From the IMG/VR virus record IMGVR_UViG_3300033997_000035, positions 1-64,000 of that record: DNA of 64,000 nucleotides. One strand, 5' to 3'. Origin of the DNA: a virus. Shown in pieces: positions 52,753 to 60,907 of this stretch. Under the pieces are notes generated by a model, which ran no database searches, was not told the DNA's origin, and saw nothing but the letters and a program-made list of their open reading frames with translations. How positions within the stretch are numbered: position 1 is the first letter of the stretch; every line of letters starts with the position of its first letter. The position numbers and the translations under genes are program-made.

Positions 52753-55700
52753 TAGTTTTGCACCATTTTAATCTCTGATTGAATTGCGTCTTTGATTGAT
52801 GGATTCTGTGCAACAATCTCACCAACTTTCTGACCATCAATATTGACTGTCCCAGTAATGGATAGTTTGTTACCCATGAATTGACCAGCGTTAATAGCAC
52901 TACCCATACCACTTGCAACAAACCCACCAAGGTTACCTTTGCTGAACATATTCATCAATGACATCATCATACTGTCACCAACACTCATGTTTGAAGTATT
53001 GGCAGCACCAAGCATGTGTTGTGCTACGTTGGCACCAGTGTTATTGGCCGCACCTTTACGTGGATCATATAGCAAGCCAATCTTATTCTTACTGAATAGC
53101 AAGTTATCCAATTCCTCAGCCCAGAAAGCCACTTCCTTGATTAAGTCTAGAAGTATTACGAACTGACCTACCAGAGGGAGAGCCTTTAGTGCCTTGCTGC
53201 CGAACAGTTTATAGATGTAGAGTGCAGGGCCAGCCATTGCAACTAAGAAAGCGTAACTGTCTCCTAACCCCTTAGAGATACTATTCAATACCTCGCCTAC
53301 AGATACTAGCATAGGTGTTACCCATTTAACACCATCAGCAATTAAGCTGAACACTGACCCAATTATCTTACCAAGTGCTTCCCACAGTGGCTTGAGCTTA
53401 ACCACTGACTCAGCCATAGCATTGAATAACTCTGTCAAACCCTCACCGAAACCAGACTTGAATATAATATTACCAGCTTCTTGGAATGAGAACATCAATC
53501 TGTTCATTGCAACACGGTTAGATAACATGGCCTTATCCAGACCTCCGTTAGCACGTGCAGCCGCAGACATGTTACGAGCAAAGTGTGGTAATACCTTTTC
53601 AGATATTAGACCACCTTTCATCTGCAAGTCCATCATAGACTTTACAGTGCCGTCTACCGTAAGACCAGCATCCTGAGCAGACTTCGCCATGATTTGTCAT
53701 GTAGTTTAATGTGTTCGTTAAACACACCCATTTAATAGCTATATATTTTCATATATAGGTCGGACTATATCATCACCATTTAAGGTGCTAAACTTTTCGA
53801 TGCCACTTGGTCACCTACACCCTACGGGTTAGTCTCTGGACGAGGGTTGTACCTCGCTGCTGATCACCATATTAAAGGCTTCCAGCAATTAATTCAGTTA
53901 TTCGATATACATTTCTGTATAAAGCCACACAAATTTATGGCATTTGGCAAAACTTCCATTATTGTTTTATACAACCATCGTTAGTGGCTGTCCACCCTTT
54001 CAGGTGGTATCGGACTATATCTTCACATTTAGTATGTGATTACCTTTTCGACACACTTGTGCCTACACTATAAATAGCTAGTCTCTGGAGGATTCCCACC
54101 TGTTAGATGGAGTCATTTTATAATCCTTAGAAATCCATGTCCAAGTTGCACCACATCTTAAGTGTAGCAGTGCATCCTTAGTTATGTTGGTGTGCTTCCT
54201 AATATATTCATTATTCTTCCCATCTTGAATCATTTCACAAACTTTACGAATAAACTGCTCATCATAATCTGAGCCTCGTAGGTGTTTATGAGGTTGACCT
54301 TCAATGGAGTGCAAATTATTTTCGAGACTTGTAACCCATTCTAAATTAGAAACGTGGTCATTTGTCCTATCGAAATCTTTGTGGTTAATTACTAAGCCTT
54401 CTTCGTACGTATCTTGAAGATATGCTAGTCCAACCATTCTTGCACAACGTCGGTGGTAATATTTTCTATTTTTATAAAGATTAACCACCCTGTAACCATC
54501 TATGTTAAGTTGGCTTTTTATTGGATGACCTTTACTGTTAAAAATATTACCGCTCTCGTCTATAGTATAATTTGGAAACTCTTCTATGACTCTCATGTTA
54601 CCTCCTGTTAAGAAGGCAGTGGATATTCCCTGCGAATTACCATCATGCCTTGATATAAGTTTACCATCTTACATCATTTTGAACAAGCATTAAGGCTTCT
54701 CGCAATTAGATAATTTTATAATGGGCAAAGTTTACCCATTTGGAGCTTTAATTCCTCTAGTTAAATCAATGACTTACGTTACCAAGTCACTACATCAAAG
54801 TCTTTAGATGTAACCTACATTACTGTAGGGCTAGACCATATCATAACCTCTCAAGAGGTTTTCACTGTTTCGGCTCTACTTAGAACCTACACCTTATCAG
54901 GTTGGTCTTTGAAGGTTGCCACAAAGTGACCTTCCCTGCTGATTGTCCGTTTAAGGATGTCCCAGCAATTAAATGAATTATTGATAACTGTCACCAGTTA
55001 AAAGGCCAAGGGTTTAGCCGATACGACTCCTTTTGACATCCAATTTGTTAAGTAAATCAATGACTTACTCCGTGTTAAACACGCTCTATGTTACCATAGA
55101 AGTTCAGACTATATCTTAACCTTCAACTGAATGGTCAGGTCATTTACGCTTCGAGGTATAAACCTCTACATCCTTACGGATTAGTCTTTACACGTTCCTC
55201 TTTAGAGGCTTCGCTAGGTATTATCCTGCTAGGACGTCCACCTAATTCATAAATTTAATTATTCGTTATATTTCTATAACGCCAAACAATGATTTATTTG
55301 TTGTAAAGCGTTTACCTGTGGACTATATCTTAATCCCGAAGGATTCCTTATTTTCGAGGAGATTCCCCTACATTCTTACGAATTAGTCTCTGAAGGTGGT
55401 TACCTAGTAACCGTCCATGCTGATTGTCTAATTAGATTTCCCAGCAATTAACAAGGTTTTTCATTAATATTACTATTAAAGGAGCCATAAACGTTTAGCT
55501 CTAGTACTCTCCGCACTACTCAACCCCAGCAAAGTACTCATTTCTGAAACGGCACTGAAGGCTGCCTTCGTATCTTCCAGACTCATCTTCCCTCTGGCCG
55601 ATAACATCTTGGCAAAGTTCTTACCACTGTCTGCCAAACTCAACCCTAGTCGATACGACTCATCCCTGACAAATTGAAAGTTACTACCTGCTTCCTGAGC

Positions 55701-56366
55701 ACTAGAACTTACAGCAAGTAATGTGTTGTTCACACTTTCAAAGTCCTGACCTACACGTGTAATACCCGCTGTCAATCCAGCGACAGCAAACGCACTCACC
55801 ATATTGCCAGCAAATTGCTTACTGGATGCTGTCATACGCTGCATGAGGAAGTTCTGCTTGTTGAGACTACGTTCCTGTTCCTTCATCACACGTAATCGTT
55901 CGCGTTCCTTAGCCACCAATAACCGTACTTCATCTGCTGTTTTAGCTGCTGCTACAGCACGTCTCAACTCCTGTTGTGCAGTGGCATTTACTGACCCAGC
56001 TTGATATGTCCTTAAGTTTAACGAAGACCGACCAAACGTAGTTTGTGCCTGAGATAATCCTGTCTGCCGTCTTGCTTCCATTCGTGCTAGGCGATCCATT
56101 TCCTTCTCACGGGCTTTGACGTGGGCATTTGCTGGTCTTTGTGCTATCCTTTGGAGTTCCTTTTCCTTTTTTATCTGCAAATTATATTCACGATTTAAAT
56201 GGCGCTCTCTTTCCATAGCATGAGCGTTCATCAGTTTCTGCTTTGCTACACTTTGCCTAGCTTCTTTCTGCTCAAAATTGGTCATCATCTTCTGAAACTT
56301 TTCCATCTTCTTGATGGCAGTATCAAAGTCTATACCAATCGTATACTGTACAAGGTTTTCAGCCAT
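52752..56366 (-). CDS. tail tape measure protein, six exons; proposed mature CDS join(56366..55497,55315..55296,55040..55016,54754..54734,53956..53937,53697..52752), 633 aa
   Basis: Track ORFs 55476..56366 (coiled-coil N-terminal half) and 52752..53690 (Gly/Ala/Met-rich C-terminal half) are TMP halves. Predicted splicing adds VNALQQM-MSKGVVSA-ELKLQMG-EVLPNAI-QI in frame. Position is between the frameshifted chaperones and the baseplate genes. Confidence 0.8.
53698..53936 (-). mobile_element. group I intron 5 (239 nt, ORF-less)
   Basis: P1 GCCAU/GUGGC, P10 ACAAAU/AUUUGU contiguous with P1, P2 UAUACA-GAAA-UGUAUA, P3 CUGA/UUAG, P4 UGCUG/CAGCA, P7 CCAGAGACUAA ... AUGAUAUAGUCC, P9 CUAUAUAU-GAAA-AUAUAUAG, omega-G at 53698. 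Confidence 0.8.
53957..54733 (-). mobile_element. group I intron 4 (777 nt) carrying an HNH homing endonuclease ORF
   Basis: P1 AAUGGGU/GCCCAUU (7 bp, U.G at the splice site), P10 GAAGUUU/AAACUUU, P3 AUUAUC/GGUAAU, P4 UGCGA/UCGCA (compensatory). The ORF is inserted before P7 and its stop codon lies inside CCAGAGACUAG. P9 CCACCU-GAAA-GGGUGG. Confidence 0.8.
54078..54596 (-). CDS. intron-encoded HNH homing endonuclease (NUMOD4 + HNH_3 type)
   Basis: FPNYTIDESGNIFN...GYRVVNL (NUMOD4-like) and INHKDFDRTNDHVSNLEWVTSLENNLHS (HNH). AGGAGG RBS 4 nt upstream. Confidence 0.85.
   Translation of the reverse strand: MRVIEEFPNYTIDESGNIFNSKGHPIKSQLNIDGYRVVNLYKNRKYYHRRCARMVGLAYLQDTYEEGLVINHKDFDRTNDHVSNLEWVTSLENNLHSIEGQPHKHLRGSDYDEQFIRKVCEMIQDGKNNEYIRKHTNITKDALLHLRCGATWTWISKDYKMTPSNRWESSRD
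54755..55015 (-). mobile_element. group I intron 3 (261 nt, ORF-less)
   Basis: P1 GGCU/GGCC, P2 UAACUG-GUGA-CAGUUA, P3 UUCA/UGAA, P4 UGCUG/CAGCA, P7 AAAGACCAA ... AUGAUAUGGUCU (compensatory U->C / A->G), P9 CCUACA-GUAA-UGUAGG. The 3' splice site is tentative within a few nt. Confidence 0.7.
55041..55295 (-). mobile_element. group I intron 2 (255 nt, ORF-less)
   Basis: P1 CAAAU/GUUUG, P10 GAUG/CAUU contiguous with P1, P2 GUUAUA-GAAA-UAUAAC, P3 UUUAUG/CGUAAA, P4 UAGGU/ACCUA (compensatory), P7 AAAGACUAA ... AAGAUAUAGUCU, P9 UCUAUG-GUAA-CAUAGA. Confidence 0.75.
55316..55496 (-). mobile_element. group I intron 1 (181 nt, ORF-less, no P9)
   Basis: Follows exon GAGCU. P1 GAGCU/GGCUC with U.G, P10 GUAAACG/CGUUUAU, P2 UUAAUA-GUAA-UAUUAA, P3 CCUU/AAGG, J3/4-P4 UUAAUUGCUGGG, P4' CAGCA, P7 CAGAGACUAA ... 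AAGAUAUAGUCC, omega-G at 55316. Confidence 0.8.
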
Positions 56367-56381
56367 TGTAATACCTCGTTG

Positions 56382-57175
56382 TTATGCTGAATTCTTACCA
56401 TAAGTATTTAAAGCTTTATTTTTTGCTTCTAAGCTCTTATAATCTAATTCGGCAGCTTGTTTTAAGTCATTGTAATAATCTATCAATGACGATAATTCTA
56501 AAAACTCCTCTACACTGTATTCCCATTTGAGTGTGCTTAATGTCTCTGAACAATACTCAGAGTTTGCCACCATAAAAAACCATGAATCTACTTCAAAGTT
56601 CTCCCTCTGTTTGCTGGCATACTCTACTACTTCGTATTGGTGTCGTCTTTCAAATCGTTTACGGAGTTCAGCATTGTGTCTAGCACTTCTTTCATTTTCG
56701 GAGTGAGCAACACCATCAGCTTCTCGATCAAAGTACGAAGTGTAGCGTTGCCCCACAAAAAATCCTTGAAGTTCTCCACGAACAACCAACACAATACTGT
56801 TAAGTAATCACCTTGGTTATCGTCAAAGTAATCTTCAACCTCCTCCATTGTCATTTCTTTATCTTTAACCATCAAGCTACCTAACATCTTACGGCTGATG
56901 TCATCGAAATGATCTTCTGAAATGTGCACTGTTAGCATGTTCAGCATTTTACCAAACATATTAGAATGTGGTTCCAGTAATTGCTCCTCACGATACTGGT
57001 GCTCCATCATAGCATCCATACCACTCCCTAACGCTGGTGTTAACGCTGTGAGCAATTTAAATCCTTCCTTAATACTATCGTAGGTGGCTAGCTTTCTAGC
57101 CTTGTACATGCGTTCTACGCCGTCTGAGCCTATGATTAGCTTACTAATAACTTTCTTGTTATATCTTACTGACAT
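56382..57175 (-). CDS. tail assembly chaperone, -1 frameshift fusion product (GT-like)
   Basis: The zero frame GAT-TTT-TTG contains slippery U UUU UUG. The -1 frame continues as ORF 56382..56792. Canonical position between the tube and tape measure genes. Confidence 0.6.
56627..57175 (-). CDS. tail assembly chaperone (G-like, zero-frame product)
   Basis: Start at MSVRYNKK after AGGAGAAAG. The longer start in the track runs through the tube-gene terminator. Confidence 0.65.
   Translation of the reverse strand: MSVRYNKKVISKLIIGSDGVERMYKARKLATYDSIKEGFKLLTALTPALGSGMDAMMEHQYREEQLLEPHSNMFGKMLNMLTVHISEDHFDDISRKMLGSLMVKDKEMTMEEVEDYFDDNQGDYLTVLCWLFVENFKDFLWGNATLRTLIEKLMVLLTPKMKEVLDTMLNSVNDLKDDTNTK
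56756..56762 (-). promoter_or_regulatory. -1 programmed ribosomal frameshift slippery heptamer TTTTTTG
   Basis: X XXY YYZ in the zero frame of the chaperone ORF, inside the 166-nt overlap of the two ORFs. Confidence 0.6.
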
Positions 57176-57186
57176 ACTTTCTCCTA

Positions 57187-57225
57187 AAATAAAAAGGGAG
57201 GCTCTGACCACAAGCCACGCCTCCC
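57187..57225 (-). terminator. intrinsic terminator / attenuator after the tube gene
   Basis: GGGAGGC-N16-GCCTCCC followed by TTTTTATTTT on the minus strand. Confidence 0.6.
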
Positions 57226-57245
57226 TATCGAACATTAAATTGTAA

Positions 57246-57710
57246 TTACAACCACAAGTTGATTGTTGCTAATACTTTGTTAACATCGCTTGTAGAAATG
57301 AATGATTCACAAGTCCAAGTCCAAGTTAATTCACTCATAGTTCCAGCGAATGTATGGGTTGGCTGTCCAGTGAGGGTAGCATTACGTGCCACGAAGTTTG
57401 CTGAGTTACCAAACAAATCGATACAGTAGAATGTACCTATCTTTGGTCGCACACCACGCTTAGTCTGCTCTGCTGCAATTTCTGCCAGTTTAGCGTTCAA
57501 TGGTGCAGGTTGCTTGAGTGTTAGGGTGATTACAGCACCTTGTGGCGATAGTTTACTAATACCCATCTCACCGTCAGATGACCAGCCAATCTCAGATAAA
57601 TCACCTACTGGTGTAAATTCCAAAAATGCGCCATCACCTACACGACCATGATTGAGGACAATACCCTCCCATGCTGCGTCGATGGATTTTGCTTCGTATA
57701 ATAACGACAT
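57246..57710 (-). CDS. tail tube protein
   Basis: 154 aa, between the sheath and chaperone genes. Confidence 0.6.
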   Translation of the reverse strand: MSLLYEAKSIDAAWEGIVLNHGRVGDGAFLEFTPVGDLSEIGWSSDGEMGISKLSPQGAVITLTLKQPAPLNAKLAEIAAEQTKRGVRPKIGTFYCIDLFGNSANFVARNATLTGQPTHTFAGTMSELTWTWTCESFISTSDVNKVLATINLWL

Positions 57711-57728
57711 TTATTATTGTCCTTCTAA

Positions 57729-59093
57729 TTAAACCAGTTCGGCAGATTCGTAAGTTAAGTTGCCGTTGATGATGATTGTGTTGATTGCGCCAGATAAATA
57801 CCCAGTCCATTTCACATTATCAAGGATACGGTCTACTTTCTCGCTGAATGGAATTTGTGTTAAATAATCTGGTGCTGATGCTGGGATATACCCACTGAGG
57901 AATCCTACGTCTACTGCACGATCTAACACACTATTGATTACACTCAACACTGCTGAAATCTCAGTGAATGCAATCTTGTCACCACGTTGATTTAGTAACA
58001 GGTTGAGAACTGCAACTTCAATTTGGTCATTGAGCCAGTCACTTCCAACTACAATATCAATGTACTCACCACCAACTACCTTACCTTCACGGTAGAATGG
58101 AATCTTACGTTCCTCACCCATCCAGTTACCGTTGCGGTCTTTGATATATCCTTGGAGTTGAGTAGTCAGCTTCTTACCAGTAACTAAGTTTGCTGCAACT
58201 GGTACACCTGCAAGCTGTAAGAACTTATAGTTTACTGCACCAGCTTGGTATACTGAGTTAGCACTAAATGGTGCCATTTCTGGGAACACTGTATCAGCTA
58301 CATGACTCCAATCACACACTGTGCGTAGGTATTTGAGTGCTTTGAGTTCACCAATTAAATCCGTTGCTGGATCGGCGACAGGGGTTAACGTGTCTGCATC
58401 TTTAGTTGAAGTCCAGTAAATCTTGGGCGAATTTCCACCACCAGTAGCTTCAATCTCAGCAGCCATTGCTTTAACGAAGGTATCAGTGTGGTCATTACAC
58501 ATGAAGCAATACCAATCATTATCTTCTTCTTGGATTGCTGCTAGAAGCTCCGCTGCTGTTTCAGTAGTGACATAACTGTCGTCTGAGTTAACAAAGTTTT
58601 TAACTACAACACTATATGTAGCATCAGCAGTAATTTCTAATGTATCACTTACTACAGTCATTGTAGTGTTGGCAGGTTCTAAGAGTTGCCATGCTGTTAC
58701 GATAGATGCTTTTGTTGCTACAGCGGCAGTAAATGTGATTGGAGTTGTTGAAACAACAGCACCTGTTGCATCGTAAACTACGACATTGAAGCTGTAAGTC
58801 TTTCCGATTACTGCATCAGTTGGTGTAACAATAACTTTGTCTGTTTCACGGCGACCAACATACACACGCGATGGTGCTGGGTTTTGACTGAATGCTAGAC
58901 GTAATGCTTTATATGTGTCAGAATCTGACGGGATTGCATCATCATCACGAACTTCATCCCATGAACCATATGAACGAGTGCGTGTGTTAAAATAATTATG
59001 TGCTGCTGCAAACAGTGAGAAATCAAATGAAATCCCAGCAGCAGATGTGGTATTACGAGTAATGCTACTCGATACTGAATCTTGGTATGGCAT
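57729..59093 (-). CDS. contractile tail sheath protein
   Basis: 454 aa, immediately upstream of the tube gene; gene order sheath-tube-chaperones-TMP. Confidence 0.6.
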   Translation of the reverse strand: MPYQDSVSSSITRNTTSAAGISFDFSLFAAAHNYFNTRTRSYGSWDEVRDDDAIPSDSDTYKALRLAFSQNPAPSRVYVGRRETDKVIVTPTDAVIGKTYSFNVVVYDATGAVVSTTPITFTAAVATKASIVTAWQLLEPANTTMTVVSDTLEITADATYSVVVKNFVNSDDSYVTTETAAELLAAIQEEDNDWYCFMCNDHTDTFVKAMAAEIEATGGGNSPKIYWTSTKDADTLTPVADPATDLIGELKALKYLRTVCDWSHVADTVFPEMAPFSANSVYQAGAVNYKFLQLAGVPVAANLVTGKKLTTQLQGYIKDRNGNWMGEERKIPFYREGKVVGGEYIDIVVGSDWLNDQIEVAVLNLLLNQRGDKIAFTEISAVLSVINSVLDRAVDVGFLSGYIPASAPDYLTQIPFSEKVDRILDNVKWTGYLSGAINTIIINGNLTYESAELV

Positions 59094-59113
59094 ATGGCCT
59101 CTTTATAATGGTG

Positions 59114-59773
59114 TTAAGGGACGGAGCTAGTAGTAGAACCTTGGATGATTAATGGATTTGGATCTTGTGCATCCAACTTGATTTCAGCATCCCACTTCAC
59201 TGTATCGAAGCTCAATGCATCGTAATCAATCAGTCTATCAATAGATGAAAGTTTTAGTTGCATTGTGCAGATATCGTGGTAATCTGTAGCTATCAGATCA
59301 GGGGTAGACCTTATAGTATTGATAAACTCTATTGCCGTAAACACTTCTTCGTGTAGACGTTTACGATACTTAGGTAACATTAACCCTTTACGTATCTCAC
59401 GTAGCAAACGATTAGCATTACCCTTATCATCAATTGTTTGAGCAGGTAGGCTCTCAGCACGTAATGAGATATTAAAGTTTGTCACTTTATCTTCATATGG
59501 TGTGGTTACTGTAATCAACGCTGAAGGATTATCAGGGTCTTCAATCTGAACATCCACCAATCCACTGTCGATAGTATACCCGTCATTATCATTACTACCA
59601 TTATAGGTTAGTGTGATAAACGGAAGTGGTGGCTGTATATTCCCATAGTGAGATAGGAACACACTTTTCATCCCACCGCCTTCTGGCATATCTGACAGGT
59701 GTTCTCCAACCATATCTTCAATAATCTCAGCCAACACTATCATCACTTTATGATGGTCAAATTCCCAACTCAT
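59114..59773 (-). CDS. tail completion / neck-proximal structural protein
   Basis: 219 aa, upstream of the sheath gene. Confidence 0.4.
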   Translation of the reverse strand: MSWEFDHHKVMIVLAEIIEDMVGEHLSDMPEGGGMKSVFLSHYGNIQPPLPFITLTYNGSNDNDGYTIDSGLVDVQIEDPDNPSALITVTTPYEDKVTNFNISLRAESLPAQTIDDKGNANRLLREIRKGLMLPKYRKRLHEEVFTAIEFINTIRSTPDLIATDYHDICTMQLKLSSIDRLIDYDALSFDTVKWDAEIKLDAQDPNPLIIQGSTTSSVP

Positions 59774-60162
59774 TTCTGTGCCTCCCTTACTGCAAGGTAT
59801 ACAAATGATGGAAGGATTAGTGTGAATGATGAATTAGCATCCCAATCTTCCTTTGCCATCACCTTAAACCTTGGTGTGTTTGGAAACAGCGTTGGATTTT
59901 GGAATGTGATAAAGTCTGCTTTAGTTTCCGTGCCAGTGAGATTGTTATCTGAGACAAATTCCTTCTCTGTGTAGATAAGAATTGCTTTATCTGATGACAC
60001 ACCAGATGGTAGTATCAAAGAAGTCTCATCCATCTGATATGGTTCAACTAATCCGTTACTTGGTATCACAGTTCGGGGATTTTCCACTGGAACACGGTTG
60101 ACTATTGTGCTACCTGCGTATCGCAACACCCACAGAGGATCGTCTTGTATTAATGTAAACAT
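59770..60162 (-). CDS. tail terminator/completion-like protein
   Basis: 130 aa with ATGA overlap. Confidence 0.4.
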   Translation of the reverse strand: MFTLIQDDPLWVLRYAGSTIVNRVPVENPRTVIPSNGLVEPYQMDETSLILPSGVSSDKAILIYTEKEFVSDNNLTGTETKADFITFQNPTLFPNTPRFKVMAKEDWDANSSFTLILPSFVYLAVREAQK

Positions 60163-60259
60163 AAGTATCCTAGTTGCGTGTCATAGGTAATAATAACATA
60201 ATTCTCATTCACACTCAATGCTTAAGACTAGACTAAGGCAGCAATCTATGTTATGTAGA

Positions 60260-60769
60260 TTATGGTGTGACTAGATGCTGGCCGTTGATTTTGTAGGAGA
60301 GGTTATTTTTTAATGAGGATGTCCACACTAAAGGGTTATTGGGTGGGTTAACACCTGCACGTTCCTTCAACCATTGAGTGAATGCACTGTTAGACTCTAG
60401 CTTACCAGTGTCACCAAATACACCCCTGACTTTAACCACATACCTACCCATCAAGTTCTCCATAATCTGCTGTGCCTTTATCCTAGGTGTCTTAGATTTA
60501 ATGTTTGAGAAGTAAGTCTTCAAGTCCATCTTTAGTTTAATATCCTTATTCAGAGGCTCCCAAATTTCAAAGGTGTCCCCTAACGGGTCTCGTCTAGGTA
60601 TGTTAACTGATGGAGCCGAAAATGAATGTATCGCATACAAATTTGCAAACGATAAACCTGATGGGTGAATACCATTCTCGGCGAAATAGCCGATTTGTGC
60701 AGACTGTTTCTCCAACTGTCTCAATCTTTCTACAAGGTGTGGTATGAAATTTTTCTTTATACGTATCAC
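60260..60769 (-). CDS. head-tail joining / structural hypothetical protein
   Basis: 169 aa, first gene of the leftward structural block within the window. Confidence 0.4.
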   Translation of the reverse strand: MIRIKKNFIPHLVERLRQLEKQSAQIGYFAENGIHPSGLSFANLYAIHSFSAPSVNIPRRDPLGDTFEIWEPLNKDIKLKMDLKTYFSNIKSKTPRIKAQQIMENLMGRYVVKVRGVFGDTGKLESNSAFTQWLKERAGVNPPNNPLVWTSSLKNNLSYKINGQHLVTP

Positions 60770-60836
60770 ATTATTTCTCCTTCTCTCTGTGTTACCAACA
60801 TTTTACCACTTATGCTATTTTAACTCAAAATAGTTG

Positions 60837-60866
60837 TTGACATGCTCACAGATGTTGGATTACTAT
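60837..60866 (+). promoter_or_regulatory. promoter TTGACA-N18-TACTAT
   Basis: Upstream of the Rha-like gene. Confidence 0.55.
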
Positions 60867-60907
60867 TGCCGATAACCAATGTTGGTTATAATTTAAAGGA
60901 GAAATTT

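Noticed and set aside
55016-55066. A longer version of exon 3 starting at TAAGTCATTG... (after the G at 55067), which stays open and would add IKSLIYLTNW before MSKGVVSA.
   Set aside because: The short exon starts at 55040. It gives a gapless match to the conserved L.Q..L.(S/K)G.(V/L) tape-measure pattern and has a P10 (GAUG/CAUU) contiguous with P1. An 18-codon open frame is not statistically meaningful.
53688-55518. Annotating 55476..56366 and 52752..53690 as two independent genes, with ...STRAKRLWLL* as a natural C-terminus and M at 53690 as a natural start.
   Set aside because: The last six codons of the upstream ORF and the sequence just before the downstream ATG are intron or exon-6 sequence. 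The two halves are N- and C-terminal parts of one tape measure protein, and predicted splicing joins them in frame.
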